IMG/VR virus record: IMGVR_UViG_2711768036_000001
Length of the DNA: 11,692 nt
Strand: one strand, 5' to 3'
From: a virus
Lineage: Duplodnaviria > Heunggongvirae > Uroviricota > Caudoviricetes
A program made the position numbers and the translations under genes. The stretch's first letter is position 1. Each line of letters starts with the position of its first letter. A model generated the notes under the pieces. That model saw only the letters and a list, made by a program, of their open reading frames with translations, ran no database searches and was not told the origin of the DNA. Positions 7,152 through 11,692 of the stretch are shown here, piece after piece.

Positions 7152-7895
7152 TTAACTGGCTTTCTTTTTCGGGCGTCCACGTTTTGCCGGTGTCACGCTC
7201 CGGGTCTTACGCGGGGCGCGGGTGGCCGCTTTTGGCTGCGGCTCCGGCTTCGGTTTCAGCTCCCGCTCCAGTCGTTCAATCTCTTTTTTGACGCCTGCCT
7301 GACAGTCGAGCTGTGTCGCACGTTGCAGGTGAGCCAGCGCACCGGCGGCATCACCACCGTCACGCAGAAACAGACCGGTAATTTTGTGCAGCTTTGCGCG
7401 CACTTCATCAGGCATGTCAGCCGTGGCGGTCAGTTCAAGGGTCTCCGTCAGCAGGCGGGTATCCACAGACTCACCGGCAGCGTGAGCGCGCATGGCCGCA
7501 AGCGCTACCTCCTCGGTGAACATGTACGGCGGGGTACGGCGGTGTTTACCCGGCATGGTCAGACCGTACTTCAGGGCATAACGGGCAATCTCCAGCGCAC
7601 CGGCAATATCGCCGGTATCCAGACGCCACAGCATGACCGTCATCAGAATGTCATCCTGTGCACCTTTGCCCTGCTCCAGCACGCCGTTCACCCACGGCAA
7701 CCAGAACGGCAGCAGTTCGCGTTTTTTCGCGGCCTTCAGCTCTTTTGAATAAATCGCTTTCAGTGTGCGCTGGTCTGCGGCGAGCTTAACCAGCATCTGC
7801 TCATAGACAGTTGCATGTCGCAGCGGGGCGGCTTCCCGCTGCGCGGTCATCGCTGCCGAGACCCGCATCATGTGGCGCTGTGCGGGACTCGTCAT
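7152..7895 (-). CDS. M: Terminase small (endonuclease) subunit (P2 gpM-like), 247 aa
   Basis: ORF track 7152..7895, 247 aa matching P2 gpM. N-terminus MTSPAQRHMMRVSAAMTAQREAAPLRHATVYEQMLVKLAADQRTLK recognised. Basic, Pro/Lys-rich C-terminus. The start lies 4 nt from the N stop. Confidence 0.92.
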   Translation of the reverse strand: MTSPAQRHMMRVSAAMTAQREAAPLRHATVYEQMLVKLAADQRTLKAIYSKELKAAKKRELLPFWLPWVNGVLEQGKGAQDDILMTVMLWRLDTGDIAGALEIARYALKYGLTMPGKHRRTPPYMFTEEVALAAMRAHAAGESVDTRLLTETLELTATADMPDEVRAKLHKITGLFLRDGGDAAGALAHLQRATQLDCQAGVKKEIERLERELKPKPEPQPKAATRAPRKTRSVTPAKRGRPKKKAS

Positions 7896-7898
7896 CGG

Positions 7899-8972
7899 TT
7901 ACGCTCCAGGCTCTGCGGTCGCTTTAGCCAGTGTGGAGAAATCACCGACCTTAATTTTTTCCACCAGACAACCGGCGGCGTAGTCTTCCACCACGTAATC
8001 AATGTTCATTGACTCGTAGTTCTCCACGCGGTCGAGTTTCGGGTTTTCCTCAATCACGCGGCGATGGCTGTCATCCATGTAGTAGATGGACAGGTTTTCC
8101 AGCTTTGTGATGAGCATCGCATCCGCCGGGAAGTACGGGACGCGTACCGCCGGCAGGTTACCGATGCGTTTCTGGCTGATGATGACGTCAGCGGCCAGCA
8201 TTTCGCTGTTGTCCTGCTCCTTGTTGACGATGGGAAAATACTTGTCCGCCAGTAGCTGACGTCCCACAATCACCACAAGGTCAGGGTCTTCCTGATACCA
8301 CGGCTCAATCAGGTTGTTGGTCGCATCCATCACCAGTGCGTCAAGGCTGGCATAATCACCGCCCTTACCCACGCGGATAACCTCAGAGGTGGTGTGCCCT
8401 TCCTCGTCAGTGACCTTGCTCATCACGCGCGCCGGTGCTTCATTGCGGTATTTCTGCAGCCAGCCGACCGCCACATCCTGTAGCATCGGATTACTGCTGC
8501 GGTCAGAGGTTTCGGCACGCCTCACGCCGTTAAAACCGGCCATGATGAAATCAAGGGACTGGCGTTTGATAATGGCGTTACGGATACGGAGCTGGAAATC
8601 CTGATAACGCGCCCACAGGTCAAGCTTTTTGTAGCGGATATAAAAATCGAAGTTAATCTGGTCGCATTCGTACTTGTTAGACGCCAGCTTCGAGAAGTCA
8701 TTCGGCTGACGCTCGGTGCCACCGGCGGTGTCGGTGGTGCTGGCGATGGAGCCGGTGACACCGATGCCAATTTTTTCCCCTTTCATTTCGCTGACCGGCA
8801 CAATGTTGATGCTGGTCAGAAAGTCAGAGGACTCCTGCATGGTGTTCATCAGGGTCTGGGTGACCGACGGTTCAACGGTGAATTTTTTCGACACATCACC
8901 GGCGTCGATGCCGTTCAGCTCGGCAACACGGGACAGGTAGGAATTAAATTTAAAGCGGGTTTCCTGGCGCAT
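7899..8972 (-). CDS. N: Major capsid protein (P2 gpN-like), 357 aa
   Basis: ORF track 7899..8972, 357 aa matching P2 gpN. N-terminus MRQETRFKFNSYLSRVAELNGIDAGDVSKKFTVEPSVTQTLMNTMQESSDFL recognised. Confidence 0.95.
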   Translation of the reverse strand: MRQETRFKFNSYLSRVAELNGIDAGDVSKKFTVEPSVTQTLMNTMQESSDFLTSINIVPVSEMKGEKIGIGVTGSIASTTDTAGGTERQPNDFSKLASNKYECDQINFDFYIRYKKLDLWARYQDFQLRIRNAIIKRQSLDFIMAGFNGVRRAETSDRSSNPMLQDVAVGWLQKYRNEAPARVMSKVTDEEGHTTSEVIRVGKGGDYASLDALVMDATNNLIEPWYQEDPDLVVIVGRQLLADKYFPIVNKEQDNSEMLAADVIISQKRIGNLPAVRVPYFPADAMLITKLENLSIYYMDDSHRRVIEENPKLDRVENYESMNIDYVVEDYAAGCLVEKIKVGDFSTLAKATAEPGA

Positions 8973-9030
8973 AGTTTTTCCTGAAATTAAGGGTTAATTG
9001 TGAAGGTTTTCCCGGGCTGACTGACGCCGG

Positions 9031-9885
9031 TCAGCAGTTCGTCATCAGGGCGTCACCGCCACCGCCGGTGGCCTTGCTGCGGCGCTGCTGGGTCAGACTT
9101 TCGGTGTTGTCGAGACTGTTTTTCAGGCGGGTGAATGCCTGGCTGGTTTCATCCGCCCTGTCAGTCACCTCCTGCTTAAGTGCGGAAAAGGCAGTTTCCA
9201 TCTCAGCGAGTCGCTGCTCAGTGGCGCTCAGTTTTTCCTGTACATGTTCAGCAACAGCGGTCACCGCTTCATGCACGTCATTCAGACGGGCGTCATCGCT
9301 GGCCTGTTTGCGGCCAAAAATGGATTTCACCTTTTCGGTCAGGGCGGTGAACACGGTTTCAGGCAGGTCTTCAAATTCCAGCTCAACAGGCGTTGCCACT
9401 GAAATCAGGTTTTCAGGGCTTAATTTGAAGCGGTTCAGGGGGTTGTGTTTTGCCGTGCGGCAGAATTCCAGATATTCCGTGCCGAGGCTTGCCGGGTCAT
9501 CGGTGACGGCCAGCCCCACCAGATAACATTTGCCGGTGTTGGCAAAGTTCGGCTGGATTTCCATTGAGGTATAGACCTTCTGCGCGGCCTTGTTCATCGC
9601 GATAAGGTCATCGGTCGGGGTGATTTTCGCAAACAGCGCCCATTTGCCTTTCAGCGCCGAATCATCGTCAATCTTTTCGGCCTTCAGTTCGGCCACATCG
9701 CCATAACGCTTAAAAATACCGTCAGGCAGGATGCCGCGCAGATGTTCCAGGTTAATACGGCAACCATAGACACGCGGGTCAAAGGTTTCGGCCATTTCCT
9801 GAATATCCTGCGCACTGATGACACGCCCGTCACAGGTGTCACCCTCAACGCCGATACGAAAGAATTTTGAGACTTTTTTTGCCAT
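9031..9885 (-). CDS. O: Capsid scaffolding protein (P2 gpO-like), 284 aa
   Basis: ORF track lists 9031..9951 (306 aa). The conserved P2 gpO N-terminus MAKKVSKFFRIGVEGDTCDGRVISAQDIQEMAETFDP starts at the Met at 9885 (cat at 9883..9885). 284 aa matches P2 gpO. An AGGA lies upstream on the minus strand. Confidence 0.9.
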   Translation of the reverse strand: MAKKVSKFFRIGVEGDTCDGRVISAQDIQEMAETFDPRVYGCRINLEHLRGILPDGIFKRYGDVAELKAEKIDDDSALKGKWALFAKITPTDDLIAMNKAAQKVYTSMEIQPNFANTGKCYLVGLAVTDDPASLGTEYLEFCRTAKHNPLNRFKLSPENLISVATPVELEFEDLPETVFTALTEKVKSIFGRKQASDDARLNDVHEAVTAVAEHVQEKLSATEQRLAEMETAFSALKQEVTDRADETSQAFTRLKNSLDNTESLTQQRRSKATGGGGDALMTNC

Positions 9886-10058
9886 TGTCAGGAGTCCTGA
9901 ATAGTGATTAGAGGAGTCACATGTCGGCATCAGTTTCCCGACGATGCGCATCCTCCGCCATCAGTCCCGGATGGCTTATCACTGACACAACAGCACCTTA
10001 GCGAATCGCGGGACGCGACTCAGTAGCCTTGCCGTGTATTCATCACGGCGAGGTATTC
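9886..10058. promoter_or_regulatory. Divergent O/P intergenic control region; expected site of the back-to-back late promoters (P_O leftward, P_P rightward), assigned by synteny
   Basis: 173-nt non-coding gap between the divergently oriented O (minus) and P (plus) starts. In P2 the equivalent gap holds the two activator-dependent late promoters. Seen in the sequence: TGG-N12-ACA at 9972..9989 (a 5/6 match to the TGT-N12-ACA dyad I recall for P2 late promoters, centred about 78 nt upstream of the P ATG), inverted repeat tcagt-N15-actga at 9961..9985, and an imperfect dyad tgtcgg-N10-ccgacg at 9922..9943. Confidence 0.5.
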
Positions 10059-11692
10059 ATGACCATCACCACAGACACCACTCTTTTACACGACCCGCGT
10101 CGTCAGGCGGCGCTGCTGTACTGGCAGGGATTTTCCGTGCCGCAGATTGCCGCCATGTTGCAGATGAAACGCCCGACGGTGCAGAGCTGGAAACAGCGCG
10201 ACGGCTGGGACAGCGTTGCCCCCATCAGCCGTGTCGAAATGAGTCTGGAAGCGCGGCTGACCCAGCTCATCATCAAACCGCAGAAAACCGGCGGTGACTT
10301 CAAGGAAATTGACCTGCTGGGACGCCAGATTGAACGACTGGCACGGGTAAACCGCTACAGTCAGACCGGCAACGAGGCAGACCTTAATCCAAACGTCGCT
10401 AACCGCAACAAAGGCGGGCGTCGCAAACCGAAAAAGAATTTTTTCAGTGACGAGGCCATCGAAAAGCTGGAGCAGATTTTCTTTGAGCAGTCTTTCGACT
10501 ATCAGTTGCACTGGTATCGCGCCGGGCTTGAGCACCGCATCCGCGATATCCTGAAATCCCGCCAGATTGGCGCGACGTTTTATTTTTCCCGCGAGGCGCT
10601 GCTGCGCGCCCTGAAAACCGGCCATAACCAGATTTTTCTGTCGGCCAGTAAAACGCAGGCGTATGTGTTCCGCGAATACATCATCGCCTTTGCCCGTCTG
10701 GTTGACGTTGACCTGACCGGTGACCCGATTGTCCTGGGCAATAACGGCGCAAAACTGATTTTTCTCGGCACCAACTCCAACACCGCACAGAGCCATAACG
10801 GCGACCTGTACGTCGACGAGATTTTCTGGATCCCGAATTTTCAGGTACTGCGTAAGGTGGCATCAGGTATGGCCTCACAGAGCCACCTGCGTTCGACCTA
10901 TTTCTCCACCCCGTCCACGCTGGCGCACGACGCCTACCCGTTCTGGTCGGGTGAACTGTTCAACCGGGGACGCGCCAGCGCCGCCGAACGCGTGGAAATC
11001 GACGTCAGTCATAACGCCCTTGCCGGTGGGCTTCTCTGTGCGGACGGCCAGTGGCGGCAGATTGTCACCATTGAGGATGCCCTGAAAGGCGGCTGCACGC
11101 TGTTCGACATTGAGCAGCTCAAACGCGAAAACAGCGCCGACGATTTTAAAAACCTGTTCATGTGTGAATTTGTTGACGACAAGGCGTCGGTGTTCCCGTT
11201 CGAGGAGCTGCAACGCTGCATGGTCGACACGCTGGAAGAATGGGAAGACTATGCGCCGTTTGCCGCGAATCCGTTCGGCTCCCGCCCGGTATGGATTGGT
11301 TACGACCCGTCACACCGTGGCGACAGCGCCGGATGCGTGGTACTGGCACCGCCGGTGGTGGCCGGTGGCAAATTCAGAATACTTGAGCGTCACCAGTGGA
11401 AAGGCATGGACTTTGCCACTCAGGCTGAATCCATCCGCAAACTCACCGAGAAATACAACGTCGAATACATCGGTATTGATGCCACCGGCCTCGGTGTCGG
11501 CGTGTTCCAGCTCGTGCGCTCGTTCTATCCCGCCGCACGCGACATCCGCTACACGCCGGAAATGAAAACCGCAATGGTGCTCAAGGCCAAAGACGTTATC
11601 CGCCGTGGCTGTCTGGAATATGACGTCAGCGCCACCGACATCACCAGCTCGTTTATGGCTATCCGCAAGACCATGACCAGCAGCGGACGCAG
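10059..11692 (+). CDS. P: Terminase large (ATPase) subunit (P2 gpP-like), N-terminal ~544 of ~590 codons (runs off window end)
   Basis: ATG at 10059..10061 preceded by GAGG at 10050..10053. The frame stays open to the window end (continuous with the P2 gpP-like sequence; absent from the ORF track because it has no stop in the window). N-terminus MTITTDTTLLHDPRRQAALLYWQGFSVPQIAAMLQMKRPTVQSWKQRDGWDS recognised as P2 gpP. Divergent from O as in P2. Confidence 0.93.
   Translation, partial: MTITTDTTLLHDPRRQAALLYWQGFSVPQIAAMLQMKRPTVQSWKQRDGWDSVAPISRVEMSLEARLTQLIIKPQKTGGDFKEIDLLGRQIERLARVNRYSQTGNEADLNPNVANRNKGGRRKPKKNFFSDEAIEKLEQIFFEQSFDYQLHWYRAGLEHRIRDILKSRQIGATFYFSREALLRALKTGHNQIFLSASKTQAYVFREYIIAFARLVDVDLTGDPIVLGNNGAKLIFLGTNSNTAQSHNGDLYVDEIFWIPNFQVLRKVASGMASQSHLRSTYFSTPSTLAHDAYPFWSGELFNRGRASAAERVEIDVSHNALAGGLLCADGQWRQIVTIEDALKGGCTLFDIEQLKRENSADDFKNLFMCEFVDDKASVFPFEELQRCMVDTLEEWEDYAPFAANPFGSRPVWIGYDPSHRGDSAGCVVLAPPVVAGGKFRILERHQWKGMDFATQAESIRKLTEKYNVEYIGIDATGLGVGVFQLVRSFYPAARDIRYTPEMKTAMVLKAKDVIRRGCLEYDVSATDITSSFMAIRKTMTSSGR

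Noticed and set aside
9886-9951. N-terminally extended O (306 aa starting at 9951)
   Set aside because: The conserved gpO N-terminus MAKKVSKFF starts at 9885 and gives the expected 284 aa. The extension would run into the divergent promoter region.
9886-10058. Exact TGT-N12-ACA late-promoter dyad in the O/P and S/V gaps
   Set aside because: I scanned every TGT and ACA in both gaps. None has the exact 12-nt spacing; the nearest are TGG-N12-ACA at 9972..9989 and TGT-N10-ACA at 3668..3683. They are reported as candidates only.
1-11692. Possibility that the window holds a novel defence, accessory or moron system
   Set aside because: Recognisable P2 late-gene orthologs tile the whole window, with overlapping or near-abutting stop/start codons. 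The only non-coding gaps are 66, 14, 99, 58 and 173 nt, too small for an extra gene. Apart from I, gene lengths match P2 as I recall them. The known variable cargo sites of P2-like phages (Z/fun next to the tail-fibre chaperone; tin/old near the replication genes) are outside this window. A database search was not possible, so I cannot rule out unusual sequence variants.
1-11692. tRNA, rRNA, CRISPR array, integrase, att site or IS element
   Set aside because: No array of spaced direct repeats, no cloverleaf-like conserved tRNA segments, and no transposase or integrase-like ORF were seen. All sizeable ORFs are accounted for by phage late genes.

Overview
The window is the late (morphogenesis and lysis) region of a P2-like (Peduovirus-type) temperate phage or prophage from an enterobacterium; I found no novel or accessory system in it. 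Gene order is inverted relative to the usual P2 map. On the minus strand the order is H (tail fibre, 5' part only, runs off the window start), I, J, W, V, S, R, lysC (embedded in lysB), lysB, lysA, K, Y, X, L, M, N, O. A divergent terminase large-subunit gene P sits on the plus strand and runs off the window end. Calls rest on the supplied ORF track, my own reverse-complement translation of 1..1125 and of the start/stop junctions, and recognition of P2 protein N-termini and lengths from memory. No database search was run. Apart from I, every gene matches the P2 ortholog length as I recall it and the genes are tightly packed, so there is no room for a cargo insertion. The known accessory hotspots of P2-like phages (Z/fun beside the tail-fibre chaperone, tin/old near the replication genes) lie outside this window. 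The least conserved part is the tail-fibre end: H is a mosaic and I is 203 aa against 176 aa in P2 as I recall. I saw no tRNA, rRNA, CRISPR array or transposase.
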